Assembly: GCA_043228905.1 (NCBI GenBank)
Contig: JBHGNT010000004.1
Location: 16,120,001-16,184,000, forward strand
DNA: 64,000 bases
DNA from: Azolla caroliniana
Lineage: Eukaryota > Plantae > Polypodiophyta
Direction of reading: 5' to 3'
Numbering within the stretch: position 1 is the first letter of the stretch; each line of letters opens with the position of its first letter. A program made the position numbers and the translations under genes. The notes under the pieces were generated by a model that was not told the DNA's origin, made no database searches, and worked only from the letters and a program-made list of their open reading frames with translations. This document shows, in pieces, positions 1-13,500 of this stretch.

Positions 1-3000
1 TGGTCGCAACCGGTGCCTCCGGTTGAACCGGGTCTTGTTACGCTCCCTCGCCGCTCGCAACTATTTCTTCGCCTGCATCACGTCCTCCGGCCTCCGCTCG
101 AGTTGCCGATTCCATGCTGCCAACAACTCCTCCCAGCTCATTTCGTCCTTCCAATCTACTACCGCCCACGAAGAAACCGTCCGCTCCGCCGGCATAAATC
201 CTATCACCGAACTGTGCATAGTCCAGTCCGCCCATAGCGCGTAAGGAAGGAGTCGGGGCCAATTCCCGACTTGCCCACCACATACACGCACCAACGCTTT
301 TACGATAGGCCCGTGCCCACGTTCTACCTTTCCATTTGCCTCCTGGTTGTATGCCGTAGTGAGGGAGAGTTTGACGCCTAGCCGGTCGAACAGCTCTTCA
401 GCTTCCCGCGCATCCAGCTCTCCCCGATCCGCCACGATCCTCCCGACACACCCGTACCGACACACTACCTCTTCGATCAGGAACCGGCATACCGCCGCGG
501 TTGTCTTGCTTTGCAGTGCACGACCTTCCACCTGGTTCGTTAAGTCTTCCCGTGCAAGCACCAGGTATCGCATTTGTCGTACCCCCATCGGCATCGTCAC
601 CAAGTCCACCATCCACTTGAAATGGACCATAGGCGGGTAGGTCGGGTGTAGCTCGTCCCAGTGTCGGACTACGGAGTGCACCTGACAGCTTTCGCAGGTT
701 GTTACGAACCGGTGCACGTCCTGGTATAGCCCCGGCCACTAGTACTTCTCCTTCAGCTTCTCGAACGTGGCCCACATTCCGTGGTGTCCGGCCCATGGGC
801 TCTCGTGGAATGCTGCCAGTAGTTTTCTCTGTTCTTCTTTCTTTGCTACTACTCGGAGCGGGGTGTCGCTTCTCTTCTTTGGGTGTTTCCATATGCACCC
901 GTCCCATAGGAAGAATCGGTATGCCTTCCTCCGTATCCGGCTCACCTTCTCTCTCACCCATGCTGCGTCCAGCGTCATTGTCCGTAAGAACCTCCCGATT
1001 TGGAGCCACTCCCCGTCGTACCCGCTTTCGTCAAATTCGTTAAGCGCCGGAGTGTTCCCTTTCCTTCTTGTTGTTACGTTAGCCGACCCGAAGAAGTCCT
1101 CGCCGACCTCTTCGTCCTCCGAAACCATGCCGTCTTCGTCGTTGAACCTTGCCCTCGAAAGCATGTCGGCCATGGCGTTGTCCTTTCCGGAGATGTGCCG
1201 TATCTCCGGGTTCAGGAACTTAATGTACGCTATCCACCGGAGCATTGCTAGGTCCGGCGTCGCGCATCTAGAAACCATGCCGAGTATCGGCAGGCAGTCC
1301 ATCTCGATAATCACCTCCGTCCCGATAAGATAATCCTTGTCGGCCTTGATCGTTGAAACGACACCCCAAATTTCGTGCTTAACTTGGGCGTACCCTCGCT
1401 GCCGCTCGCTCAATACCTTCGCCCCGAACCGGATCGGGAATCGCGCACCACCCTTGTCCTCCTGACTGATTACCCACCCGATCCTGGTCAGGCTGGTGTC
1501 CACCGTTACGCAGATGGGAACATCCTTGCCGTAAACCGCTTTACGGAGAGCCAGTGCTGCTGTAAGCGCCTCCTTTAGTCTCTGAACCAACTCCATGTGC
1601 TCCGTTATCTCTGACTGTCCGAAGGCCGACTTTTCCTCAGAGAAGGTGAGCCTCGCGCGCTCTAGTCTCTGCAGCACCTTCTCGCAGTCATCGATGTGGG
1701 ACGCCATGAAATTCCGACATCCGTCCGGCCCGATTGCCGCGTCCCTTTCCTCCACCGGGCATCCCTTGATCGGGATGTCATCTAAGAACGACATGGTGAG
1801 CACTTTGTTCATCGCGTTCACCATGTGAGCCACTGAGTTCGTCCCTCCTTGTGGCAGGGTGCACATCCGCACCAGGCCGAGAGGAGTCAGCATCGTCGTA
1901 ATGTCTCTGCTCTCCACAGCTAGTTGGAACTGATCATACCCTGAGTACAGATCACTGACAGAATAGATCGACCTTCCAGCGAAGGACTCCGCGAACTCGT
2001 CTATGGTCGGTCCGATCCCTGCGTTACGGATGGTCACCTTCTTGACCGGTTGTAGGTCCTGGATGAAGCGCAGCGTGCCAATCTTCTTCGGCACTGTAAA
2101 CCACCGATTCGAATACGGGGCACTCGACGGTTCGAGGATGCTGTAAGTGCCTCCTTTAGTCTCTGAACCAACTCCGTGTGCTCCGTGATCTCTGACTGTC
2201 CAAAGGCCGACTTTTCCTCAGAGAAGGTGAGCCTCGCGCGCTCTAGTCTCTGCAGCACCTTCTCGCAGTCATCGATGTGGGACGCCACGAAATTCCGACA
2301 TCCGTCCGGCCCGATTGCCGCGTCCCTTTCCTCCACCGGGCATCCCTTGATCGGGATGTCATCTAAGAACGACATGGTGGGCACTTTGTTCATCGCGTTC
2401 ACCATGTGAGCCACTGAGTTCGTCCCTCCTTGTGGCAGGGTGCACATCCGCACCAGGCCGAGAGGAGTCAGCATCGTCGTAATGTCTCTGCTCTCCACAG
2501 CTAGTTGGAACTGATCATACCCTGAGTACAGATCACTGACAGAATAGATCGACCTTCCAGCGAAGGCCTCCGCGAACTCGTCTATGGTCGGTCCGATCCC
2601 TGCGTTACGGATGGTCACCTTCTTGACCGGTTGTAGGTCCTGGATGAAGCGCAGTGTGCCAATCTTCTTCGGCACCGTAAACCACCGATTCGAATACGGG
2701 GCACTCGACGGTTCGAGGATGCCCATCTCCACCTTTTGCTTTAGGAGCTCCATCAACTTCGGGATGTGAGCTCTCGGCACCGGAATCGGCTTGAGATTCC
2801 ATGGTACATGCGGTACCGTGAAGATCACCATCGGTTTGACAATTGTCGGGTCTACACACCCGATCTCCTCCGGTGAGAATGTGAAAGCCTTCCCGTACCT
2901 CTCGAGCATTCTCCGAAACCGGTCCTCCTCCACCGGCAGTAGGAAGCCGCCCCCATCGACCTTGAGCTCCCGTAGCGTTATGTCAGTGAACCGGTGCCCT

Positions 3001-3520
3001 ATGCCAGCCGGATTCCGTAAACTTGGGTCCGACGCGACCCCTTTCATCCGCTCCTCGCTGCCCTCCGGCAAGGGTGTCGCGACTGGCATCACCTTCTAGT
3101 CCACCGTCTTGTATTTCGTATCCACGCGGGCCGTCCGATCTGACCCGATCCTTTCCCCGAAGTCTGCGATGACTTCGTACATTCCTATCGACCCCACCGG
3201 AACGGTCCGGTCTACTCTAAGGTCTTCACCGATCACCTTTCGTAGTTCTCCTAAGGTGTCTTCATCGATCACCTTTCGTAGTTCTCCTAAGTTGTCGTCA
3301 CCGCTGATGCCCTCGTCGGGGAAGAGGACTCCGCATCCCCTGAGCCGCTCCTCTGCTCGCTTCCTCTCCCTGCTGCTGACACTGGTTATAGTACAACCTC
3401 CACTGTCGGAGAACCAAAATTTCCTACCTATGGTACAAGTCTTCTTTCGTACTATACATTTGTGGGGTTCTTCCCGGGTGTCCGGACTATCGCGGCCCCA
3501 CGCCTTGACAACCCTCTCTA
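1..3520 (-). pseudogene. pol: pol (RT-RNase H-integrase) of element A, disrupted
   Basis: RT motifs DLYSGYDQ, LPQG and FLDD; RH VDTS and ADMLSR; INT CESCQ, WMVDL and NGKVERG. Carries stops, deletions and a 581-bp tandem duplication. Confidence 0.92.
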
Positions 3521-3610
3521 AAAATCCCCTCGGGTTTCGCTGCCGAGGGCCTCGCGGTTACGCTCGTGGTTTGCTCGTACCATTAAGAACTAGACTGAGT
3601 GATGCCCGTC

Positions 3611-5650
3611 CTAGCTCTTGACTCTTGCATAGGCTGAACCGTTGTCCAGCACCTTGGTCTCCATCCGTGCCGCCGTGATATATGGTTCTCCTAGTATAAC
3701 CGGATGCGAGGACGTGTCTTGCACGAAGAAGTGTTGGTCGATCTCGACATCGTCGATTTTCACCCGTACGTTCGGACAGGCCCCATGTAGTTCTTCTGTG
3801 GCGCACGTCGCAGCCTGTATCTTCCAGCCATGCTTGGTGTTGATCGGCCATTTACCCTTCTTGTAGAAATCCATGGACATCAGGTTGATTTCGGATCCAT
3901 GGTCTACCAACGCCACCACTGGTTCCAGAACGTCGTCGATCCGTACTGGGGTTTCCGTAGTCGCCCTGGCCCAATGCGGCTTCGTGTAGTGGCTTCCCGC
4001 TAGCTCATCTTCCAAGGCTCCGTCTTCCAAGTGCGTGGTCCGTACTTCCACCGGCTTCTCCGGTTCCGGCTCCGTCGAGAGCCTTTTACGCTTCACCAAG
4101 CCTACGATAGAGTCGTGGAGCTCCCTCTTGGCGATCCCCAGCACCTCCCGCAACGACAGCTCCACTTTACTGTCGATGATTCGCTCTTCAAGGACCTTCC
4201 GTAGGTCTGTTGCTCTCTCGATTTTGGTGCTCAACCGAAACCTCGCCTGCTTCTTCCCATTCGGCATGGCTGGGTTGCCGGCACCGGTTGGTTTCGGCCC
4301 GAACCGGGTCTCATACCTCGGGGCCGCGACCCCTCTGGCCTTTCCTGCCCGTTTGTCCTCCACCAGAACCTTGTAGTTCTGGCAAGTGGCTTCTACGAAG
4401 CCCGTTTTCTTTTCCACCGGATCGTCCCAACTGGTGACTTCCTGGACCCGCAGTTCCGCGCGGTCTGCCTCTTCCCTCCTCAGCCGAACTCCGGAGAGGC
4501 CTTCCAGCACTAGTGGCCAGAATCCAGAGTCCTTCGCCTTCCGGGTCTCATCACCCCCGACCCGAATTCCCGCTGACACTGAGTAGTTAATGGCTTCGAC
4601 GTGCCGCGTTGCGGCCTCTTCCATCAACCTCTTCATGCCACCACGCCCCATATTCAGTTCCAGGGCTCTCCGGGTCTCGCTCGCGTGCACCCGCCCGTTC
4701 CAGAGGTACACCACGTTGGTCCTGAGCGCGTCGGCAAAGTCCGCGCAGTCCTTCCGAATGTGACCAATTGCGTCACACCACATGCACCGCTGCCCAGCCG
4801 ACGGCCTCTGATCGCGAGGTTGTTCACCGCTGTCTCTTCGGGCCTGTGCGATCTGCAGGTCTCGCACCATCTGTGTTAGTTCCTCTAGAGTCGCTCCTTC
4901 GGGCGGGCCTCTGACCACGTCGTTCGATGCCGACCCCGACTCCGGCCAGATTCGGGTCTCTTCCTTCCTCCCAGCCGGCACCGGAACTGGCTCCTCGAGC
5001 CTCCTCCCCGAGACCGGCCCCGACCCCGACGCGCTTCCGTCGCTCCAATCGCGCCGTTTGTCGAAACAGCTGCAGACCCGTTTTACCACGGCCCAATCCG
5101 TTGTGAGCCCTTCGTCCGTTTCCAGTAGGGGACCCACCTTTTCCCTGTCGAGTGCATCCACCGACTTGACAAATAACAGCACTCGACTCGTTTCGAGCAC
5201 CATCCGGTCCAGTGTCGACAGCCGCGCGAACCGTTTTTCGAACTCCTGGAGGAGCACCGACGTGCTCATCCCTTTTCCGGGGGTTTCCACCCACACCATG
5301 AAGTCCCGCCTCGACAGCCGGAGCAAGTCATCAAACCCGTACTTTTCGAAGAGCTGCAGCTCGAACTCCTCCCAAGTCTGGCATCCGGCCAACACCTCGA
5401 GCACCTCCGCATGGATGCCTGGCGTCACCACCCGAGGGAATCCGGACAGCCGCTTGTTCACCGGGATATCCCTCATGATCATTTCGGCCCGATAAGCCTC
5501 CAAATAACTTGTGGCGTCTTTCCCTCCGAAACAGCCTCTAGAGCTGACGATCGATTCAATGGCTCTGTCAAGGGTACCCGTTCCCTCACGAGCGCTCACC
5601 AGCCGGTCGACGGCCACCGCCATTGCCTCTGCTAGCTCCGATCCCCTCAT
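3611..5650 (-). CDS. gag: gag-protease ORF of element A (ends at a premature stop)
   Basis: 679-aa ORF with CCHC knuckle CMWCDAIGHIRKDC and aspartic protease motif LVDHGSE. Confidence 0.9.
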   Translation of the reverse strand: MRGSELAEAMAVAVDRLVSAREGTGTLDRAIESIVSSRGCFGGKDATSYLEAYRAEMIMRDIPVNKRLSGFPRVVTPGIHAEVLEVLAGCQTWEEFELQLFEKYGFDDLLRLSRRDFMVWVETPGKGMSTSVLLQEFEKRFARLSTLDRMVLETSRVLLFVKSVDALDREKVGPLLETDEGLTTDWAVVKRVCSCFDKRRDWSDGSASGSGPVSGRRLEEPVPVPAGRKEETRIWPESGSASNDVVRGPPEGATLEELTQMVRDLQIAQARRDSGEQPRDQRPSAGQRCMWCDAIGHIRKDCADFADALRTNVVYLWNGRVHASETRRALELNMGRGGMKRLMEEAATRHVEAINYSVSAGIRVGGDETRKAKDSGFWPLVLEGLSGVRLRREEADRAELRVQEVTSWDDPVEKKTGFVEATCQNYKVLVEDKRAGKARGVAAPRYETRFGPKPTGAGNPAMPNGKKQARFRLSTKIERATDLRKVLEERIIDSKVELSLREVLGIAKRELHDSIVGLVKRKRLSTEPEPEKPVEVRTTHLEDGALEDELAGSHYTKPHWARATTETPVRIDDVLEPVVALVDHGSEINLMSMDFYKKGKWPINTKHGWKIQAATCATEELHGACPNVRVKIDDVEIDQHFFVQDTSSHPVILGEPYITAARMETKVLDNGSAYARVKS

Positions 5651-5673
5651 CTTTCGACTCCTTTGCTGCCCTG

Positions 5674-5691
5674 TTCAAGTCGGGTTCACCA
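5674..5691 (-). promoter_or_regulatory. Primer binding site, tRNA-Trp (element A)
   Basis: TGGTGAACCCGACTTGAA matches the complement of the plant tRNA-Trp 3' end (UUCACGUCGGGUUCACCA) at 17/18. Confidence 0.85.
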
Positions 5692-5695
5692 AATA

Positions 5696-6307
5696 TGTTG
5701 CGTTGTTACGCGCGTACATGTAGAAAGGGGCGGGACCACGGGGGTCTTGGACCGAGGAGCGAGAGAGAGAGAGACAGAGAGAGAGAGATTCTCTGGCACG
5801 TAGGAGCGAGAAAGAGAGAAAACAGAACGCAACACTTAGTTATAATGACAGAGATTACAAACTCCGACGGTTACAACCGACAAAGCGGCGACAGGCCCGA
5901 CACGGGGACCCTACTCACGCACACCGACGACAGTCACCGACTCAAGGAAACAAAGGGGGAAGGGGAGCGACTCTGCTGGAATCGCACGGGCTGTCCACGA
6001 AGTAGAGGCAGCGACCTCCCGACACCCGCAGGGAGCGACGATTCCAGTCGCAGAGAGAGCTCTCCCTTCCGTTCTGCAGCAACCTCTTTCCTCTACCTCG
6101 CGCGCGATCCCTCTTTTCTTTCTCCTCTTGCCTTTTATCCCCCCTCTCCCGTTGGGATACGCACAATCCCCTCTAATAAATGCGTGTGGCTTAGTAGTCA
6201 CATCCACCGGTTCACGTACAAAGTATCCAATCACACGTCCATCCGTGTAGGGGCCGGTTTACGCGCTTTCTCTTCGATTCCGCCTATGGCCGGTTTTCTT
6301 CACGACA
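5696..6307 (-). repeat. 5' LTR of element A
   Basis: TG...CA termini, adjacent to the PBS, and homologous to 18773-19447. Confidence 0.88.
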
Positions 6308-9276
6308 ATGCAGCGTGGAAACACAGTGTCCCCCACGCCGTAACGAACAAAGGCGGCAAGAAGAATGACCACGATATATGGATCGAAACCCACGCAATGA
6401 CCGGCACTACCGGAATCCCCGGAATCCCAACGATTCCTAGGAAGACCAGCTGGAGGATGAAGACTACCGTGGCAACCCCAGAAATACTAAAGGGGGACGA
6501 TGCTATGAGAATTACCGTCCGACAAACAAACGTGGCGGCTTCAATGGGCCTCGCGGAAAGCATCGTCAATATTGGAACCAACGGCAATACGACGAAAGTT
6601 CGGACGATGACCGGCACCAAGAACCACGCCGGGACCAACAACAACCACCGCGTACGCTCCGACGAACGAATTAGGACCGGGAGGAGCAAGTCACACCTGG
6701 GGATCAACACACACCACCAAGGGCCGAGAAGGGCGAATCTGGCATCCATTGTTTTGTTTGTCAACAGCCCGGACATTATGCCACACAATGCCCAGTACGC
6801 AAGGGCAAGGGGCCCGCCGTCAATACGATTACGGCGGAAGTACAGCAAGTCACGACACGACAACTAACAAAAAATATCAATTGGGCCGCGCAAGATGAGA
6901 TACGGCAAACAACCCATGCATGGGTAGAAAAAGCAAACGCGACAAATACGAAGCACATGCAGAAGGACTCCGCAAACACGGTGGAGCTATTGGAGGAAGA
7001 GGGACCATCCCCAGACCCCATATGGCAAGCACTGATAGGCTGTGAGATAACGTTAACCATGGAGAAGCTATTGCAACTAGTCCCACGATTCCACGAAGCC
7101 ATGGAAGAGCGGATGACGGGCAGACCTGGGGTAAGCGTTGCCACGAATTTTACGGACATTAGCGATGGACCAACAGTGGTGGATCACCACAACCCGGCTA
7201 TTAAGTTGATACTGCACGGTCAGGAAATCCCAGGATGCGTAATCGATGGCGGCTCGGGCGTTAATGTAATTAGCACGAAGACATGCGAACAATTGGCTAT
7301 TTCAGAATGGGAAGCTTGCTTGTTCTGGCTTTGCATGGCGGATACCCGCTCAGTACAACCATTGGGGTTGATACGCAAGGTAGGCATTATCGTGGGAGGA
7401 CATCGCTTCGACATCTCGGCGGTAGTCCTCGTCCTTGACGCCCCAAGGGTGTATCCTATGCTGTTGGGCAGACCGTGGCTTCGTTCGGCGAATATCAAGC
7501 AAAGCTGGCAACACAAGTGTATCGGCTTTCGACACGAACTCACCAAGGTCCGTGTAACAACAGAGGAAATGGCGACACAACCCAAGGGCATAACACCATT
7601 GTACGCGGAGGATATAAATATGCTGGCTAGGGTGGATGATACAGAATTAGAGGCATACCTAGACAAGCACCCTCGGATTATTCTGTTGTTTGAAATCGAC
7701 GTCATCGAAACCGCGGCGGAATATGCCACGCTCGCTACACCCCACGATGAGGCTTACGAACCAAACCCAAGTCAATATGAGAACTAAGCAGAGCACGGGC
7801 AGTGTTCGAGAGGGAAATGGAAATTACACGGCGAGTCACCGCCTCAACCCTGGAAGAAGTAAACGTGGGTACGGCGTCAGAACCTCGTTTGCTCTCCATC
7901 GCAAAAGAATTAATGCCAGATCAGAGAGACGCAAGGATAGCACTACTTAGGAAGTATAAAGATGTGTTCACCTGGGCCCACGAGGACATGAAGGGGTTAG
8001 ATCCGAAGTTCTATCAACATAAGATCAATTTAGCAACTGATGCGAAACCGGTCCAGCAGCGTCAATACCGCATGAACCCAAACTACGTAGCCCGCGTAAA
8101 AGAAGAAATTGACAAACTCCTCAAGGTGGGATTCATACGGCCAATTAAACAAGCTACATGGTTAAGTCCGATCATAGTCGTACCAAAGAAAAATGGAAAA
8201 ATACGGGTATGCGTGGACTACCAAAAATTAAACGTCGTAACCATTACAGACGCATTCCCTTTACCTTTCACCGATAGCGTACTGGACGCCGTCGCGGGGC
8301 ATGACATGTACAGTTTTTTAGATGGCTTCAGTGGGTACAACCAAGTACGCACGCACGGACTAGGGAGTCTATGTTGCAGTTGTCATGATGTTCGGGCTAA
8401 AGACGACGCCGACGACATTTCAACGGACAATCACACGGACTAGCGAGTCTATGTTGCAGTCTTCATGATGTTCGAGATTTTTGGGGAATATATTCCGGCC
8501 TTCATGCAAGTTCTTTTAGACGATTTTATGGTATATGGGAGAACAACTGACCATTTTACGCATCTGGAACTGTGCCTGGAACGTTGCCGCACCGCACGCT
8601 TAAGCCTGAATCCCGCCAAATGTGCCTTCGGCGTTACCAGCGGGGCTCTCCTCGGCCATATAGTTAGCAAGGAAGGGATAGCGGTCGATCCGAATAAAAT
8701 CTCCGCGATTACCCACACGAAAATGCCGACAAACGCGAAATCACTCAGCCATTTTTTAGGACAAATACAATGGCATAGTCGGATGATACGCTATTTGGTG
8801 GACTTTGCCACGCCGTTACATGCCGTTGTTCATCAAACTCCCTTCCAATGTATAGCTACGGAAGAAAAGGCGTATGATGCGCTAAAGGTAATGCTAACGC
8901 AGGCACCGATCGTACAACCACCAGTTTGGGCAAAGCCATTTCACGTGTTCGTAGATGCCTCAGACATAGCAATAGGTAGTGCGCTAATGCAGCTCAAAGA
9001 GCCGAATTGGTACCGGTCGGTGTACTATGCTAGTAGGAAATTATCAACGGCTGAGCGTAACTATTCCACAACGGAACGTGAGGCGTTGGGTATGATCTAC
9101 AACATCAATAAATTCTGGCATTATCTGCTAGGATGGAAATTCACGTTTCATGTGGATCATTCGGCACTACTATATCTGGTGGAGAAACAAGCGTTGACGG
9201 GGAAAATGACGAGATGGATGTTGTTGCTTCAAGAATTCGACTTTGTAATTCAGCACCACTTGAGTACGTAACACGT
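6308..9276 (+). pseudogene. pol: gag C-terminus, protease, RT and RNase H of element B
   Basis: CFVCQQPGHYATQC knuckle; VIDGGSG protease; RT FLDGFSGYNQ and LLDDF; RH FVDAS and YSTTERE. Confidence 0.92.
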
Positions 9277-9993
9277 TGTCAAGGTTATCCTCGCGGATGC
9301 GTAGAAGTCGGGCAGGACCACGGGGGTCTCGAACGAAGGAATCCAGAAAATGAGGAGGGAGGAGTTTGAGAACCACGTAGGACTTGAGACCACGGGAAAA
9401 CAGATAAGGCTAGCGAACGAGAGAGGATAAGAGAGTCGTGCGTAGACGCAGACACGGGCAAGACCCTGAGAACAACGTTTGTTAGGTAGAGAAGAATTTT
9501 ATTAAAACAACACAGGTTCACGGTGTTGTGGGTGATTACAACCGGATCAGAGCCGGCGATGGAGTGTAGAGCTTGGTCACACTGAAGGTCGATCCCCTCG
9601 TTGGGAGCACTCGCGCGTCTGACGCCTGCAGGGGGAAGCGCCTTCCGTGGATCAGTCCTTACACTCCTCTCTGTATCTCCTCTCCTCTAAAAAAATGGCA
9701 TCCCAAAGACAGTTGAAGGTCGCCCCCTTTATAGGACAAGGAGCTACTGTTACAAGAATTCATGACCCGTCTCTTTCCCTTCCTAGATTCTCTCCCCTGA
9801 TTCGCTCCCCTCGTAACTCTCCCTACATATGCGATGTCTATTTCTTCTTTAATGCCCTAACTACCTAGTACCCCTCCGTATACTCATGCCTAGTACTTTC
9901 CCTATTTAATTCTCTCGAGGCGTGCATTCGCGTAAACTGGTGTTCCTGCGTGTTTCACCTTGTTTCTACCTATGGCCCAGAATCTTCACGATA
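9277..9993 (-). repeat. 3' LTR of element C
   Basis: Matches 15634-16374; PPT (TGGTGGGGGTGGA on minus) at 9994-10006. Confidence 0.9.
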
Positions 9994-10042
9994 TCCACCC
10001 CCACCAAACTGCACATCCTCCGGTATGTGCCGGATGGTGAAT

Positions 10043-13000
10043 TTAGTGGAGGATTCCAGGCCATAGGTTACTCGCCCTCCTCTCCTGAACTGGCGCTTTT
10101 GGTTCCTCGTTCCATCTCTTGAAGGCTTTTATCCGCTTCCTGGCCACTAGAGTCATTATTCGCATCCCGTCGAGCTCCGCGAGATGATATGTGGCGTTGT
10201 CGTTGACGTTATTTACTACGTACAGCCTGAACCATCGCTTCGCAAACTTGCGCATAGACCTATGCTGGTTGTCGAGGATGCTGTCATAGACTAACACCCT
10301 GTCGCCTTCCTCGATCTTTCTTGGCCGGAGCCGGTGCGTTCGGTTGAACCGCGCTTTGTTCCAAATCCTTGCTTCTCTCACCCTTGTCGTGGCTCATTCC
10401 ACGTCTTCCGGTCTTCGCTTGAGTTGCCGGATCCATGCCGCTAGGAACTCTTCTCTGCTCATTTCACTAGCCCAATCGATCGCTGCCCACAAGGCGATCG
10501 TTCACTCTACTGGCATGATGGGTTTTTGTCCGTACATTAGTTCCACCGGCATGTACCCTGTCACCGAATTGTGGGTAGTCCTGTCTGCCCATAACGCGTA
10601 CGGGAGCAACCTTGGCCAGTCACTGACTCGACCCTTGCACGCACGTACAATGGCCTTTACGATCGGACCGTGGCCCCGTTCAATATTTCCGTTTGCCTCC
10701 AGGTTGTACGCCGTTGTGAGGGATAGTTTTACGCCTAACCGATCAAATAGTTCCTCGGCCTCTTCCGCGTCTAGCTCTCCTCGGTTAGCCACGATTTTCC
10801 CCACGCACCCGTATCGTCATATGACATCCTCGATCAAAAACTTGCATATGGCCGCGGTGGTCTTGTTCATTAGTGCTCGTCCCTCTACCTGGTTGGTTAG
10901 GTCCCCTCTAGCCAGCACTAGGCATCGCTTCCGACCTTCGCCCATCGGCATCGTAACTAAGTCAACCATCCATTTGAAGTGCATGGTCGGAGGATAAGTT
11001 GGGTGTAGTTTGTCGCGGTGTCAAACCACCGAGTGCATCTGGCAGCTTTCGCACATGGACACGAAGTCGTACACACTCTTGTACATGCCTGGCCACCAAT
11101 ATTTTCCCTTTAACTTCTCGAATGTAGCCCACGTACCTCGGTGTCCAGACCAAGGGCTCTCGTGGAACTCCGACATCAGCTTCTGTTGGTCATCCGCCCG
11201 CGCTATTACCCGGAGCGGCGCGTCGTTTCACCTTTATGGGACCCTCTAGATTTTTCCGTTCTGTAGGAAATATCGGTATGCCTTCTTTCGGAGTTTTCTG
11301 GTCTCTTCCTTAGTCATCGTGGCGTCTGTCGTCATTGTCTCGAGACATCTCCCGATTAGAAGCCACTCCCCGTCGTAGCCGTCTTCGTCGAACTCATGCA
11401 CGAGTGGAGTGATTCCACCTTTTATCCTCATCCTTGCCAATTTGAAGAAGTTTGTGCCGACTTCTTCACTCTCTGATATCATGCCGTCCTCATCCTCAAA
11501 TCTTGCTCTAGAAAGCATATCGGCCATGGCGTTATCTTTACCCAAGATGTGTCGTATCTCCGGGTTTACAGACTTGATGTATGCAATTGACTTGAGCATG
11601 TCCAGGTCAAGAGTTGCGCATCCGGAGACCATACCGAGAATCGGCAAGCAGTCCGTCTCGCTAATTACTTTTGTCCCGATTAGGTAATCTTTGTCGACCT
11701 TAACCGCCAAAACGATACCCCACAACTCGCGCTTGACTTGGGCGTACCCTCGCTGTCGCTCACTCAGTACCTTCGCACCGAACCGGATAGGGAAGCACGT
11801 GTCGTCTTTGTCCTCTTGATTTACGACCCACCCGATCCCGGTCGGGCTGGTGTCCACAATGATGTAGACCGGCGTTCCCGGTGTGTATTCCGCTTTGCGC
11901 AAAGCCGGTGCCGCAATAAGCGTTCGTTTTAGTTTCCAAACCGCCTCCATATGTTCCTTCGTCCATTCGAATTTTCTGTTCTTCTTCAGTAGGCCGTAGA
12001 GTGGTTCGGCGACGTGCGCGTAATGAGGGATCCATATGTGGTAGAAGGCGCATGCTCCCAAGAACCATCGGACCTCTGTGATGGATCCGCACTCCTCCTT
12101 CATTGCCGAGATGGCCTCTACCTTGGTCGGCGATGGCTTCCGACCGTACGACCCACATAGGTGGCCAACCACTAATATCTCCGGTTGTCCGAAAGTCGAC
12201 TTTTCTCCCGAGAAAATAAGTTGTGCACCCTCGAGCCTCCGCAATATCTTCTCATAGTCGGAGATGTGGTTCGCGACAAACCTTTGGCACCCGTCCACGC
12301 CGATCGACTCATCCTTAGCGTCTTCCGGACAACCCTTGATAGGGATGTCGTCTAGGAAATGCACGGTGATGTCTGGGATGCAGTCCCTCAGAACTCTATT
12401 CATTGCTTTCACCATGTGTGCCACTGAGTTGGTTCCGCCCTGTGGTAGGGTACACATTTGAACTAGGCCGAGAGGGGTCCGCATCGTCGTGATGTCCCTA
12501 CTTTCCACGGTGAGCTGGAATTGGTCGTACCCCGAGTAAAGATCTCCGACCGAGTATATGGACCTTCTGGTGAAGGCTTCAACGAACTCATCAATCGACG
12601 GCCCAACTCCCATATTGCGGATGGTCACTTTGTTGACGGCTTGTAAGTCCTGGATGAACCGTAGCATGCCATTCTTCTTTGGTACCGTAAACGACCGGTT
12701 AGAATAGGGGGCACTCGATGGTTCAAGGATGCCCAACTCCACTTTCTGCTTAAGAAGCTCTATCAACATCGGCATGTGAGCTCTTGGTACTGGGATTGGC
12801 TTGAGACTCTATGGTATGTGTGGTACTGTAAAGATCACCATTGGCTCGACGATGGTCGGGTTGACGCACCCGATCTCTCCTGGTGAGAATGCGAATGCCT
12901 TCCCATGCCTCTCGAGCATTCTTCTGAACCGCTCCTCTTCCGGTGGCAGTAGGAAGCCACCCCCACCGATCTTCAGCTCTCGTAGCGTTTTGTCGGTGAA

Positions 13001-13500
13001 GCGGTGTCCTATGCCGGCCGGATCTCGCAAGCTCAGGTCCGTAGTGACCCCCTTTATTCGTTCCCATCTACCCTCCGGTAAGGGAGCTGTGACGGGCTTC
13101 ACCTTCCGGCCCACAGTCTTGTATTTTTTGTCTATTCGGGCGATCCGATGCGCCGTGATTCCTCTTTCGAAGTCCGCAATGAGTTCATACATGTTGATCG
13201 AGTTGACTGGTATGACTCGGTCTTCGCTTAGACCTCCTTCGACTACCTTCCCGATTTCCCCCAAGGTGTCATCGAACGAGACCGCCTCCACGTCTTCCCC
13301 AATTCCCTCATCATGGCTTAAGGCTCCGCACGCCTTCAAGCGTATCTTGGCCCGTTTTCTTTCTCTGCCGCTGATGCTAGCTATGGTACACCCTCCGTTG
13401 TTGGAGAACAAAACATTCCTACCTATTTTACAGGTGTGGGGAGTTTCCCGGTGGTCCGGACTATCATGGCCCCACGCCTTGATAGCGCTATCTAAAAATC
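10043..13500 (-). pseudogene. pol: pol (RT-RH-INT) of element C
   Basis: 509-aa ORF 11246-12775 with FLDD and VDTS, plus integrase fragments; frameshifts and stops. Confidence 0.92.

Larger units (their letters stand above)
1..6307 (-). mobile_element. Ty3/gypsy LTR retrotransposon A (tRNA-Trp PBS); 3' end lies outside the window
   Basis: Order on minus strand is LTR, PBS, gag, PR, RT, RH, INT. Inserted in gag of element B, with right flank ATGC. Confidence 0.93.

Noticed and set aside
5623-6867. 414-aa + strand ORF as a gene
   Set aside because: It crosses the LTR of A into an off-frame reading of B gag, so it is a chimeric chance ORF.
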